NCBI GenBank assembly: GCA_001028815.1
Contig: LDJB01000004.1
Location: 13,733 to 77,732 of the forward strand
Direction of reading: 5' to 3'
Length of the DNA: 64,000 nucleotides
DNA from: Peptococcaceae bacterium 1109
GTDB lineage: Bacteria > Bacillota > Limnochordia > Darwinibacteriales > Darwinibacteriaceae
The notes below the pieces were generated by a model. The model did not search any database. It was not told the DNA's origin and saw nothing but the letters and a program-made list of their open reading frames with translations. The translations under genes and the position numbers were made by a program. Shown piece after piece: positions 20,314-29,854 of this stretch (positions within the stretch are counted from its first letter, which is position 1; every line of letters begins with the position of its first letter).

Positions 20314-20721
20314 GTAAATAGCCCCTCCTGTCGTATTCCGACACAGATTTTGATGGCTTTAGCCATCCTCTTAGATCCTATCCACACTTCATGCAAAGGT
20401 CAAGCATCAACATTTTCCGAAGCAGTTTTGCGCTCGGCAGTTTTCTGCTAGGCATCCACCTCCGCATGCACAGAAGTGCCGCAGGATGCGGCAGGGAGAT
20501 TGTGTTCCTCCTTTCGTAGATCAATATCTATGCACTTATTTATTCTGTTTTGGGCTTCAAATTCCTTCAGCAAACACAACACTTACAAGACAATTTTCCT
20601 GGAAACGTAAACCCAGAAAATAAAAGTCACTTCAGTACGTTTATCGCTAGGAAGAACGAAAAAAAACACGAAGTCATTAGTTATTGGTAGGAAAAGCAAA
20701 GCGCCAAGGAGGAGAAAAATC

Positions 20722-21507
20722 GTGTTGACTGCAACCATTCCCATCAATCCGCTCAACTTGGAGAGCACTGAGGCGCAGCTCCACGCATATATTCTGGATG
20801 GCGAGCGCCTCAGGCCCGGAGTACTCATCTGCCCCGGTGGGGGTTACGGGTTTATCGCCGATCGGGAAGGGGAGGCTGTGGCACTGCAGTTTTGCGCAGC
20901 GGGATTCCATGCCTTCGTCCTCACATACACTGTCTTTCCAGAATTCTACCGCCTACCCATGCTAGAACTCTCCCAAGCGGTTCGAGAAATAAGGCAATCT
21001 GCGGACAGCTGGAACCTTGATCCTGACCGTATTGCTGTGTGCGGTTTTTCCGCGGGGGGACACCTCGCCGCGAGCCTTGGGGTACACTGGCACAAGCTGC
21101 AGGATGCTCCCGACAACAAGCCCAATGCACTGATCCTTTCTTACCCGGTCATTACCTCAGGGGAATATCGACACCCAGGCTCTTTTGAGAATCTCCTGGG
21201 TCCCAACCCCAGCCCCGAGATGGTGCAGGAGATGTCTCTGGAAACGCAGGTTAGCGCTAACACTCCTCCAACCTTCCTATGGCACACAGTAGCCGATGAT
21301 GTGGTGCCCGTGGAAAACAGCATGCTGTTCGCAGCAGCCCTCCAGGATAACAAAGTCCCCTTTGAGCTGCACATCTTCCCCAATGGCCCACACGGTTTAT
21401 CTTTGGCCGTATGGGAGACAGATGACGGGCGGGGCGTTAACCCCCACGCGGCCCACTGGATGGGACTCTGCATTGAGTGGCTGAAGGACCTATTTCACTT
21501 CGCGTAA
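20722..21507 (+). CDS. Alpha/beta hydrolase (esterase/lipase-like)
   Basis: GTG start with an AAGGAGGAG RBS. It has an HGGG-like oxyanion motif (PGGGYGF) and the nucleophile elbow GFSAGGHLA (GxSxG). Confidence 0.8.
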   Translation: MLTATIPINPLNLESTEAQLHAYILDGERLRPGVLICPGGGYGFIADREGEAVALQFCAAGFHAFVLTYTVFPEFYRLPMLELSQAVREIRQSADSWNLDPDRIAVCGFSAGGHLAASLGVHWHKLQDAPDNKPNALILSYPVITSGEYRHPGSFENLLGPNPSPEMVQEMSLETQVSANTPPTFLWHTVADDVVPVENSMLFAAALQDNKVPFELHIFPNGPHGLSLAVWETDDGRGVNPHAAHWMGLCIEWLKDLFHFA

Positions 21508-22065
21508 TCTAAGAAGATGGCAGCTCCCACCTATCTGGGGGCTGCCTTCGCGATAGCGGCTTCTAATACCTGAGATCCGCCACAAACCATTATAGCCATT
21601 CCTGGCCTGGGCATTTACATCAGCGCCGAATTCCAGCAGAACACGGATATTCTCTGCTCCGCCCCGGAGGGCATAATGAAGCGCAGTTTTGCCATCGGTA
21701 TCGCGCACATCGACTTCTGCTCCGGCTTCCAGCAGCATGCGAACGATCTCGGCATCAAGCCACTCCGATGCCAGCATCAGTGCGGTGTGGCCATACATGA
21801 AACTCCTGTGATCAAGCGCCGCACCCAACTCTAGCAGAGTCACCACCGCCTCCCGATTCTGGACACGGCACGCCAGCATGATGGGAGTATAGTCATCATT
21901 TTCCTCAACGTTGGGCTGGTTAATATCAGACAGTTTTGCTCCTAACTCCGATAGGCGCGCTGCCACCTGTGGGTCGTTGTACACCAGTGCCATGAGTAAG
22001 GGACTCCATCCGGAGGATGTTTCCTGGTTCACATCAAAGCCCGCTTTTGCCACGGCCTCAATCAC
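21490..22065 (-). CDS. Ankyrin-repeat protein
   Basis: Multiple 33-aa ANK repeats (...GHTALMLASEWLDAEIVRMLLEAGAEVDVRDTDGKTALHYALRGG...). Its 3-prime end overlaps the convergent hydrolase gene by 18 bp. Confidence 0.75.
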   Translation of the reverse strand: MIEAVAKAGFDVNQETSSGWSPLLMALVYNDPQVAARLSELGAKLSDINQPNVEENDDYTPIMLACRVQNREAVVTLLELGAALDHRSFMYGHTALMLASEWLDAEIVRMLLEAGAEVDVRDTDGKTALHYALRGGAENIRVLLEFGADVNAQARNGYNGLWRISGIRSRYREGSPQIGGSCHLLRLREVK

Positions 22066-22124
22066 TCTCGGATCGGGATTGTATTTAGCGAAGAAGCCAC
22101 CCGCCAGAGCAGGTGGCGAGCGGC

Positions 22125-23096
22125 TTAACTGGTCCTACGAACTGGCCTGATGTACTTCCAGAACTGCTCTGGATCGTGGTAGAAGTACGCAATCCTCCCG
22201 GGAGTGGTATCTAAGGCATAACCTGTACCGGAGAAGTCAAACTCCGCCATGGCCTTTTCGATTACTTGCTCCACGGTGTGGTTTTCTTTCTCATAGCTGA
22301 AGGGCCCGTGTTCAAACACGATGTACTCCTCTTGAGGGATATCCATGAGCTGCATCTGGGGAGGCACTTCCCCGTTATAGTCAAGAGGAAGGCGCACGCC
22401 ATAGCACTCAACCCGGCGGATACCCCAATCGCACAGCCGGCCTTGGGGATCATTGATGTAGCCCATGACCTGGCCGCTGCCGCTGTTAGGTTCCCCTCCC
22501 CCATGGTCATCCAGCTTACCCTTGATGCTGTCCAAGAGTCCGCAGATGGTATCACAGTCCTGCCCAGGGATCTTGCTTTGCTTTTCCCAGAAGTCCCAAT
22601 AGCCGTTGCTCTCGTAGTTTCTGATGTGTAAGAACTTGTGCGCAGGAATTGTGACGAAGTAGATTTTCACATCATCCGTGGATTTCATCATGCCAATTTC
22701 CCCCAATCCTAATAAGTAGCGGTCGAAGGGGTTGATTTTCGTGCGCAGCACCACTGGCTTGGGGTTCTGCCGGTACTCACTGGGGGTGACACCGTAAGCC
22801 AGCTTAAATGCGCGAGTGAAAGCCGCGTGGGATGAGTAGCCGTAGTCGAGGGCGATGTCTAGGAGGCTCTTATCACTGTCTCGCACTTCAATCAAGGCAA
22901 AGGCCAGCTTCCTGCGGCGCAGATAATCCCTGAGCTGCATCCCTGATACTTCCTTGAACTTGCGAGTTGTATGAAACTCAGAATAACCCAGCCGGCGAGC
23001 AAGGGCCCTAAGCGTCAAAGCCTCATCATCGTAGCTTTTGATGCAAGTATCAATCTCATCGACAATGGCTTGGATTTGCTGGTGCCATTCGTACAT
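22125..23096 (-). CDS. AraC-family transcriptional regulator with a GyrI-like effector-binding C-terminal domain
   Basis: N-terminal AraC HTH (LTLRALARRLGYSEFHTTRKFKEVSGMQLRDYLRRRKL...AFTRAFKLAYGVTPSEYR) followed by ~200 aa GyrI-like. Confidence 0.85.
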   Translation of the reverse strand: MYEWHQQIQAIVDEIDTCIKSYDDEALTLRALARRLGYSEFHTTRKFKEVSGMQLRDYLRRRKLAFALIEVRDSDKSLLDIALDYGYSSHAAFTRAFKLAYGVTPSEYRQNPKPVVLRTKINPFDRYLLGLGEIGMMKSTDDVKIYFVTIPAHKFLHIRNYESNGYWDFWEKQSKIPGQDCDTICGLLDSIKGKLDDHGGGEPNSGSGQVMGYINDPQGRLCDWGIRRVECYGVRLPLDYNGEVPPQMQLMDIPQEEYIVFEHGPFSYEKENHTVEQVIEKAMAEFDFSGTGYALDTTPGRIAYFYHDPEQFWKYIRPVRRTS

Positions 23097-23224
23097 TACT
23101 AACCCACCTCACTTCAACCACCCTACATCTATTCTAGGGAAATGGAGAGATCGCTGCTTGATATTACTTGCTGTGATAAAAACACAAGGCCAAGATGGCA
23201 TTGCTCCTTATTCCACGGAAAAGG

Positions 23225-23250
23225 CCCTGGATAACGCCAGGGCCTTAACG
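23225..23250. other. Perfect 10-bp stem hairpin (aaggccctgg-ataacg-ccagggcctt) just outside the IS66 left end
   Basis: Read directly in the sequence. The minus-strand version is followed by a UUUUCC tract. It may be an insulating terminator or a structured insertion target. Confidence 0.3.
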
Positions 23251-23352
23251 TGTGTTGATTCTACTTATTCGTAAGCGTCAAACCAGCCGTACCTTCTAGC
23301 TCCTCTCCGCTGATGAGATAATGAAGTCATCAGAGGGAAGGAGCTGATTCGT

Positions 23353-23667
23353 GTGACTAAGAAAGCCAGGCAAGAGCTGCGCGAGTTGTGGGCTGAGAGG
23401 ATAGAGGATTTCCGCGCCAGCGGTCTAAGCCAAAGGGCATGGTGCAGAGAACATGGGCTGCGGCCCAACCAACTCTGGTACTGGCTGCGCAAGTTTGAGA
23501 CTGAAACTAACCAGCCGCAAAACGGCATATGGATACAACTGGATTCACTAGCTCCTACTGGCTCTGGTGTCGTGCTGCGCATCGGCAATGTGACTGTGGA
23601 AATTCAGCGCGGGTTTGACCCCCAGGTTCTAACGGAAGTCATCCGCTCCTTGCTGAACGTATGTTAA
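23353..23667 (+). CDS. tnpA: IS66 accessory protein TnpA (Orf1)
   Basis: MTKKARQELRELWAERIEDFRASGLSQRAWCREHGLRPNQLWYWLRKFE is the IS66 Orf1 HTH pattern. Confidence 0.85.
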   Translation: MTKKARQELRELWAERIEDFRASGLSQRAWCREHGLRPNQLWYWLRKFETETNQPQNGIWIQLDSLAPTGSGVVLRIGNVTVEIQRGFDPQVLTEVIRSLLNVC

Positions 23668-24020
23668 TTGGTCATCCTAGGCAAAAGGTGTACCTGGCTG
23701 TGGGAGCCACCGACATGAGGAAGTCAGTGGACGGCCTGGCCGCCATAGTCCAGCTGGATTTCGAGCTCAATCCGTTTGAGCCCTGCCTGTTCGCCTTCTG
23801 CAATCGACAGCGGAACAGGGTTAAGATCCTGGAATGGTCCGAGCGAGGCTTTTGGCTCCACTACTTCCGTTTGGAACAGGGACGCCTGCCATGGCCTCAA
23901 GTAGGCGAGGAAGTTAACCCTCTAGATGTTACCTGGCAGGACCTGCGCCAGCTTCTGGAGGGAACACCGCTAAAGCCCGTTAGCCAGCGTGCTGTTAAGC
24001 TTCCGAAGTATGTAATTTAA
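23661..24020 (+). CDS. tnpB: IS66 Orf2 protein TnpB
   Basis: MLIGHPRQKVYLAVGATDMRKSVDGLAAIV...RNRVKILEWSERGFWLHYFRLEQGRLPWP is a conserved IS66 Orf2. It overlaps tnpA by 7 bp. Confidence 0.9.
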   Translation: MLIGHPRQKVYLAVGATDMRKSVDGLAAIVQLDFELNPFEPCLFAFCNRQRNRVKILEWSERGFWLHYFRLEQGRLPWPQVGEEVNPLDVTWQDLRQLLEGTPLKPVSQRAVKLPKYVI

Positions 24021-24088
24021 CATGCATTTTCCCCTTCCTGAGCCCTTTCCCAGCAGGGAATCAGCTTATCCTTCGCGAAGTACTGGGC

Positions 24089-25660
24089 ATGGAAGACACA
24101 CCGAAAACCCAAGACTCAACCGAATACTCATGGCAAGAACGTGCACTTAAAGCAGAAGCTGAGTTGGCCAAGGCCCTCCAGAAACTGGAGTACCTCGAGG
24201 CTCAACTGCGCCTGCTGACTGCCAAGCGCTTTGGCAGATCCAGCGAGAAGACGAGCAAAGATCAGCTTCAGCTCTTTGAGGACGTTTTCAATGAAGCCGA
24301 ATCAAACGCAGAGCCCTTTGCTCCGGAGCCGGAGCTGATCACGGTGCCCGCCCACCAGCGTGCCAAGCGCAAGAAAAAGAAAGGTGTCAGCCTCGAAGGC
24401 CTGCCCGAGACCGTGGTTGAATACCGCCTTCCCGAGGAAGAGCTGACCTGTTCCTGCGGCCATGAAAGGCATATCATCGGCCAAGAGGTTACCAAAGAGC
24501 TGGTCGTGGTGCCGGCCCAGTTTTCCGTTACTAAGCATGTGCAGTATGTTTACGCCTGCCGCCACTGCGAGAATCACGGAGATGGCACGGCTCCCGTTGT
24601 GGTCAAAGCACCGAAACCAAACCGGGCTTTCCCGGGCAGTATTGCTTCTCCTTCTGCAGTAGCACATGTCATTGAAGAGAAGTACGTTATGGCCGTTCCC
24701 CTCTACCGTCAGGAGAAACAGTGGGAGCGAAGAGGCGTAAAGGTGTCCCGGCAGAACATGGCTAACTGGATCATGGCCGCCCAGCACTGGTTGCAGCCCA
24801 TCTATGACCGCATGAAGCAAGTACTTTTGAGCCAGGACATCATATTTGCCGATGAAACCACTCTCCAGGTTCTCCAGGAAGACGGCAAAAAAGCTGAATC
24901 CCAGTCATACATGTGGCTGTATCGTTCAGGACGTTATGGGCCTGGGATCGTGCTTTTCGAGTACCAGCCCACCCGTTCTGGGGAACACCCGAAAGAGTTC
25001 CTGAAAGGGTTTAAGGGTTACCTGGTCACAGATGCCTATGGAGGTTACAATGGTATCCCCGATGTGACCAGGGTTGGCTGCTGGGCCCATGCTAGAAGGG
25101 GCTTTGATGAAGCCATCAAAGCTGCAGGCAAAAGGTCCAAAGCTCCCCAAGCAGCAGAGGGCCTTAAGTTCTGCAACGATCTGTTTGACATCGAGAATGC
25201 TCTTGAGGATGTCGATCCTAAGGAGCGCTATGCGCGGCGGCTTCTGCGCAGCAAACCTGTGCTGGACGCTTTTTTGGCATGGCTTGAAAAGACCCGCGAG
25301 GAATGTGCCAAGCAAAGCCATTTAGGCAAGGCTGTGGAGTACTGCCTTAACCACTGGAAGGAACTGAACAACTTCCTCTTGGACGGTCGGCTAGAGCTAA
25401 GCAACAACCGCTCAGAGCGGTCCATCAAGCCGTTTGTCATCGGAAGGAAGAACTTCCTGTTCTGCATCACTCCTCGGGGAGCCAAGGCAAGTGCCACAAC
25501 CTACAGCATCGTCGAGTCGGCCAAGGAGAACGGTCTCAAGCCCTTCGAGTACCTGACATACCTGTTCACAGAGCTCCCCAATGCAACCACGAAGGCTCTT
25601 GACGAGTTCCTCCCCTGGTCAGAATCTCTGCCGGATAACTGCCGCATACCCAGCAAATGA
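24089..25660 (+). CDS. tnpC: IS66-family transposase TnpC
   Basis: 523 aa with an N-terminal coiled coil, a Zn-finger (CSCGHERH...CRHC) and a DDE region (...FADETTLQV...LVTDAYGGY...CWAHARR). Confidence 0.9.
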   Translation: MEDTPKTQDSTEYSWQERALKAEAELAKALQKLEYLEAQLRLLTAKRFGRSSEKTSKDQLQLFEDVFNEAESNAEPFAPEPELITVPAHQRAKRKKKKGVSLEGLPETVVEYRLPEEELTCSCGHERHIIGQEVTKELVVVPAQFSVTKHVQYVYACRHCENHGDGTAPVVVKAPKPNRAFPGSIASPSAVAHVIEEKYVMAVPLYRQEKQWERRGVKVSRQNMANWIMAAQHWLQPIYDRMKQVLLSQDIIFADETTLQVLQEDGKKAESQSYMWLYRSGRYGPGIVLFEYQPTRSGEHPKEFLKGFKGYLVTDAYGGYNGIPDVTRVGCWAHARRGFDEAIKAAGKRSKAPQAAEGLKFCNDLFDIENALEDVDPKERYARRLLRSKPVLDAFLAWLEKTREECAKQSHLGKAVEYCLNHWKELNNFLLDGRLELSNNRSERSIKPFVIGRKNFLFCITPRGAKASATTYSIVESAKENGLKPFEYLTYLFTELPNATTKALDEFLPWSESLPDNCRIPSK

Positions 25661-26094
25661 TTTACTACGACCTCTACCACCCCAAGGTAGAGGTCTTTTC
25701 TTCTCCAACTACCGTGACACCAATGGAGCGGTTAACGTCTATGGCCTATGTGGTTTCTCAACTCATTGGCCAGGAGGACATTGTCAAGGTACGCCCTCTT
25801 TAACGCTTACTGTTATTTGAACTCCTGAGTCTAATCCCCTTTCGTCATGGAGACGTCCCCTACCTTGAGTGGTAACAGACGAAAGGATTCTCTCCAAATC
25901 CATTGGGGGGGCTAACTATGTTGAAGCGGTACAGGCGTTACACAAGCGCTTGATCACTTCGTACGTCCCGTGGCGTTGCCTCATGGCATCCGGATAGCAC
26001 GGGCCGAACAGCAAATCTCCAAGCAACGAACCTAAACCTGAGAATACGTCAACGTCTTACGAGAGTGATCGCCGCCGCTTGTCTGAGCCTAATC

Positions 26095-27951
26095 CTAACT
26101 CACCTTGAACCTGGAAATCAAAGCCTGCAGCTCCTGGGCCATTTCGCTGAGCACCTGTACCGAGGAAGAGATCTCTTCTATGGTAGCAGATTGCTCCTCA
26201 GTTGCCGCAGCCATCTCTTGAGCTCCCCGATCGATTTCCGCAGTATCTTCCCCGATGGACTTAATCCTGTCCGCGATTTCCCCTATCAGGCGGATGATGT
26301 TAGACAACAGCCTACCTGTATCCCCCACGACCTGTGACGTTTCCTCCACATTGGCGACGTTGCGGTTCATGCCCTCAACAGCCTCCACTGTCTTGCGCTG
26401 GACATCGCTAATTAGGTGGCGGATGTCTTCAGCAGCGCTGCTGCTCTGTACCGATAAACGGCGCACTTCCTCCGCTACCACCGCAAACCCCCGCCCGTGC
26501 TCCCCTGCACGGGCCGCCTCGATAGCTGCGTTCAAGGACAAGAGGTTGGTTTGCTCTGCGATAGCAGAGATGGTCTCCACGATCTGCTCGATCTCTGCGG
26601 AGCTCGCATCTAGCTGCTGAATTGTGGCCGCCAGCTCTTGGATACTGTGGCGCAGCTCTGCCATCTGGGTAAACGTCCTGTCCAGAGCCGCTTCGCCATC
26701 GGAAGCCATGGCAGTGATGTTGACCGCAGACTGGGAGACCTCGCTTACATTGCTGTTCATGGAGGACACTGTTTGGGAAAAGGTATTGGCGCTTGCCGCG
26801 ACTTCCTCGATGGAAGCCGCTGTTTCTGCAGTGGCCGCAGAGAGCTGGTTAGAAGTGCCCAGCACCTTTTCTGCAGAGTCCTTCACGCTCTCAATAATCC
26901 CACTGAGATTTTGGATCATCTGACCAAAAGCAGAAGCCAAGAGCCCGATCTCGTCCTGGCGCTCCGCGTGAACCACCTCGGTAAGATCCCCAGCGCTCAC
27001 CTTTTCAGCACTCTGAGTAAGGCGCACAACAGGGGTAGTTAGCGAAGCGGCAAGGCCATACCCTATGGCTAGGCCGATGAGGAGTGCCACCACAAACGTG
27101 GAAACGATAATGGTGCGTGTCTGGGCAACAACCCTCAGCACATCACCTTCATCTGCTTCCACTGCTATAGCCCACCCGTTTTGGGCTATGGGTGCGAAGG
27201 CCACCAGCCGCTGGCCCTTTTCGGCTGTATAGCGATCCACTCCAGACCTACCTGCGAGCATCTGCTCCACGATGGGCTTCAGGCCGGATATGTCTGAAAA
27301 CAGCGCTGTGCTCCCCACATACTCCAAGTTGGGATGCCCCACAATCACCCCTGTGTCGTTGATCAGCCACCCATGGCCATAGCCTGCTAGGTTCAGGCTC
27401 TCCGCCACTTGCTGCAAGTGCTCTAGAGTAACGGAAAAGGCAAGCACGCCAACGGGCCGACTATCATCACCAAGAACGGGCCGAGCCACCATCACAGTAG
27501 CTACATTAGTCCCCTGAGTGATCATAGGTTCGGAATAGTAGATTTTCTCTGTCCCTAAGGCTCCGCTGAAGTAATCCCGTGCAGCAATATTAATCGTCAA
27601 ACCTTCCACGGTCGTTGCTTCACCGGTGAGGTCAGCGAGGAGAATCCCGCCGTACTCTGGCCTGTTGGCCATCAAAGCAGCCATGAGCGCCCTGGCTTCA
27701 TCCAGGTCAAACCCCCGCACTGCTGGAACTGAGGAAAACAGATAGAGTTCATCCTCAATGGACTTAAACCATTGGGACATGACCTCTGCATTTTTTTCCG
27801 TAACTGCCTGAGCTTCTCTGGCTACACCATCTCCTACCACCTGCCGTAAGCTAAAATACGAAAACAGGCTGGTGCCCCCAATCAACAGCAACACCAGCAA
27901 GCTGATGTAGAGCATGAGTCTAGCCTTGATACTGAGCCTCAATCCTTTCAC
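26095..27951 (-). CDS. Methyl-accepting chemotaxis protein with a dCache-type periplasmic sensor
   Basis: TM1, a ~250-aa periplasmic Cache-like domain, TM2, HAMP, and the conserved MCP signalling hairpin ([40 protein letters not shown]). Confidence 0.9.
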   Translation of the reverse strand: MKGLRLSIKARLMLYISLLVLLLIGGTSLFSYFSLRQVVGDGVAREAQAVTEKNAEVMSQWFKSIEDELYLFSSVPAVRGFDLDEARALMAALMANRPEYGGILLADLTGEATTVEGLTINIAARDYFSGALGTEKIYYSEPMITQGTNVATVMVARPVLGDDSRPVGVLAFSVTLEHLQQVAESLNLAGYGHGWLINDTGVIVGHPNLEYVGSTALFSDISGLKPIVEQMLAGRSGVDRYTAEKGQRLVAFAPIAQNGWAIAVEADEGDVLRVVAQTRTIIVSTFVVALLIGLAIGYGLAASLTTPVVRLTQSAEKVSAGDLTEVVHAERQDEIGLLASAFGQMIQNLSGIIESVKDSAEKVLGTSNQLSAATAETAASIEEVAASANTFSQTVSSMNSNVSEVSQSAVNITAMASDGEAALDRTFTQMAELRHSIQELAATIQQLDASSAEIEQIVETISAIAEQTNLLSLNAAIEAARAGEHGRGFAVVAEEVRRLSVQSSSAAEDIRHLISDVQRKTVEAVEGMNRNVANVEETSQVVGDTGRLLSNIIRLIGEIADRIKSIGEDTAEIDRGAQEMAAATEEQSATIEEISSSVQVLSEMAQELQALISRFKVS

Positions 27952-28195
27952 GATTGGCCCTCCCCTCAGATAACACGCTCTTCCCGGCCAAATAAGTTTG
28001 AAAGTGTCTATTTAATTCTCCCATATCGCCCGTTTTCCTACGGGAAAACCAAACTATGGAGAAGACTATTTTTCGCAGCACGAGCCGGCATATGCCGCTA
28101 AATGTTATCTGTAAATTTACATATTCCTTCTGAATTTCCGCGTTTGTTTCTCAATTCATAGGTGTGGCTGCATATGTGTAAGCTCACCCTGGCAT

Positions 28196-28225
28196 ATAAA
28201 AAGGCCTCTACCAGGCGTAGAGGCC
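28196..28225 (-). terminator. Rho-independent terminator downstream of the flaG-like gene
   Basis: ggcctctac-caggc-gtagaggcc gives a perfect 9-bp stem, followed on the minus strand by UUUUU. Confidence 0.55.
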
Positions 28226-28245
28226 AGATTCAACGATTTCGGCAC

Positions 28246-28545
28246 TTAAGCTCTTTCATCTACAAACAAGCCCATGAGCTTTCTCATCCGGATCATGTGG
28301 TCGACCTGGGTGGGCGTTGGAAGCTGCCTAACGGTCTTGCCTGTGGAGTTGTCAATGATGTGCGCTACATTCTTCCCCAAGTCCTTGTCATACCTAAAGC
28401 TGACCCTATGGTTTTCCTTTGAACCAGGGACGTTAAGATCTTCAACCTGATCAACCTGCCTGGCGGCAAGTTTGGGCAGATCGCCAGTCAAGAGATCCCG
28501 ATAGCGTGTTCCATATGACTCGCCAGAAATCTTCACAGTCCTCAC
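28246..28545 (-). CDS. flaG: FlaG-family flagellar protein
   Basis: 99 aa. The C-terminal HIIDNSTGKTVRQLPTPTQVDHMIRMRKLMGLFVDERA matches the FlaG tail pattern (...vIRqIPpEe.l.l..rl.el.GllvDk.a). No other flagellar genes are nearby. Confidence 0.5.
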   Translation of the reverse strand: MRTVKISGESYGTRYRDLLTGDLPKLAARQVDQVEDLNVPGSKENHRVSFRYDKDLGKNVAHIIDNSTGKTVRQLPTPTQVDHMIRMRKLMGLFVDERA

Positions 28546-28583
28546 TCCCCAGTGTAAGGAAAACCTTTTGTGGGAAAGATTCT

Positions 28584-29210
28584 CTAGAAATCTGTCTGTT
28601 CCTGCCGCTCTTGAGAAGACTGGGACTTTATCTCCATGAGCCTGGCAGTGACCTCGCGCACAACAGGGATGACCTCAGCTTCGAACCAGGGGTTGCGCTT
28701 CAGCCAGGCCTTATTCCGGGGTGAGGGGTGTACTAGAGGCAAGTAACGGGGTAAATACTCCTGGAAGTGCTTCACCGTCTCCGTTAGGTTTGTTTTGCGC
28801 CGCTCCACTAGATAGTATCTCTGGGAATAGTCACCCACCAGGATGATGGTTTCCACGTTGGGCATAGCCGCCAGGAGCCGGGGGTGCCACTTTTCCGCAA
28901 ACCCAGGCCGAGGCGGGTTGTCCCCAGACTTACCTTTACCGGGATAGTAGAAGTCCATGGGCAGCTGGGCAAGGTAAGGGGAGTTGTAAAACTGGTCTCT
29001 GTCAATGCCCATCCATTCCCGGAGGCGATCGCCGCTGGGATCGTTCCAAAACAGCCGGGTTGCCTCGGCTTTCCTGCCCAGTGCTTGGCCTACGATCACT
29101 AGCCGAGCATCCTTAGAAGCCTTAAACAAGGGAAAGATCCCCCGTTCAGTGTATTCTTTGTTCATGGGATCAGCGGCGATCTCGGCGTGGATTTCATCGA
29201 AGATGGTCAA
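28584..29210 (-). CDS. Uracil-DNA glycosylase superfamily protein (family uncertain)
   Basis: 208 aa. ARLVIVGQALGRKAEA resembles the UDG-superfamily motif-1 region (GEAPG/GQDPY-like), and the size and layout fit. This is a weak motif-level call. Confidence 0.4.
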   Translation of the reverse strand: MTIFDEIHAEIAADPMNKEYTERGIFPLFKASKDARLVIVGQALGRKAEATRLFWNDPSGDRLREWMGIDRDQFYNSPYLAQLPMDFYYPGKGKSGDNPPRPGFAEKWHPRLLAAMPNVETIILVGDYSQRYYLVERRKTNLTETVKHFQEYLPRYLPLVHPSPRNKAWLKRNPWFEAEVIPVVREVTARLMEIKSQSSQERQEQTDF

Positions 29211-29215
29211 TTCTT

Positions 29216-29764
29216 CTACCTCCTAGGTGATTCTCCAAAACCTGCTTCCTCATATCCTGTGCGGATCCAACTCAGATAGTCTGCGGTAGGAGCCGCTGTT
29301 TCAGGTGTAACCATTCGCTTCTTCCTATCTGTCATCACATAGGCCATGGCTGAGAATCTCATTCTGCCGCAGGAGATCACGAAGTTCTCCTTGCGGTAAT
29401 CTCTTAGCCTGCGGCCTAGGCTCGCGGAAAGGGCCTTTTCCAGGGCATCCTTAAGCGTTTCCTGGGGCAGCTTTGGCTGCGAGGCGAGATACGCCCTCAT
29501 CAGAACAGCTGAGGCCACATAGGTTGGATAATAGCCAAATTCAACGCGGGCATCCGCGGGCATTTTCCAACTGTCGCTCAGCCTAAAAGAGCCATCTTCT
29601 GCTTGGAACTGGAGCACCTCCTGCAGGGCTTGGGCATCAACCTCGGGGCAGTGGGAAAGCATGGCCTCAAGAGCTGCTATGGTTCTTCTAGCTGCGACTA
29701 AATCAGGGGAGTGAGCAGGAAATCTCCTCAGCGGTAGGTTCTCATGGCGATGTTCCATCCTCAT
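29216..29764 (-). CDS. Hypothetical protein
   Basis: 182-aa ORF with good coding periodicity, lying 6 bp upstream of the UDG-like gene. No family was recognised. Confidence 0.4.
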   Translation of the reverse strand: MRMEHRHENLPLRRFPAHSPDLVAARRTIAALEAMLSHCPEVDAQALQEVLQFQAEDGSFRLSDSWKMPADARVEFGYYPTYVASAVLMRAYLASQPKLPQETLKDALEKALSASLGRRLRDYRKENFVISCGRMRFSAMAYVMTDRKKRMVTPETAAPTADYLSWIRTGYEEAGFGESPRR

Positions 29765-29854
29765 AGACGATCGACCTCCTAGATGGCTTTATCGTGCGGT
29801 AATTATACCTCAGGAGGCCAGATAAAACTATGCATTCAAATGTCGAGTTTGGCT

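Larger units (their letters stand above)
23271..25810 (+). mobile_element. IS66-family insertion sequence (~2.54 kb) carrying tnpA, tnpB and tnpC
   Basis: Three canonical IS66 ORFs in order. The left end reads GTAAGCGTCAAACCAGCCGTACCTT and the reverse complement of the right end reads GTAAGCGTTAAAGAGGGCGTACCTT, giving imperfect terminal IRs beginning GTAAGCG (5-prime GTAAGCG ... CGCTTAC 3-prime). The flanks acttattc and tgttattt give only a degenerate direct repeat. Confidence 0.8.

Noticed and set aside
20314-20721. Possible riboswitch or leader in the 408-bp divergent intergenic region between the SBP gene and the esterase gene
   Set aside because: It is only AT-rich promoter-like sequence with a weak 6-bp hairpin (gccgca-gga-tgcggc). 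No conserved riboswitch core motif was recognised.
24302-24820. 172-aa minus-strand ORF inside tnpC
   Set aside because: It is antisense within the conserved IS66 transposase gene. It is a typical spurious ORF.
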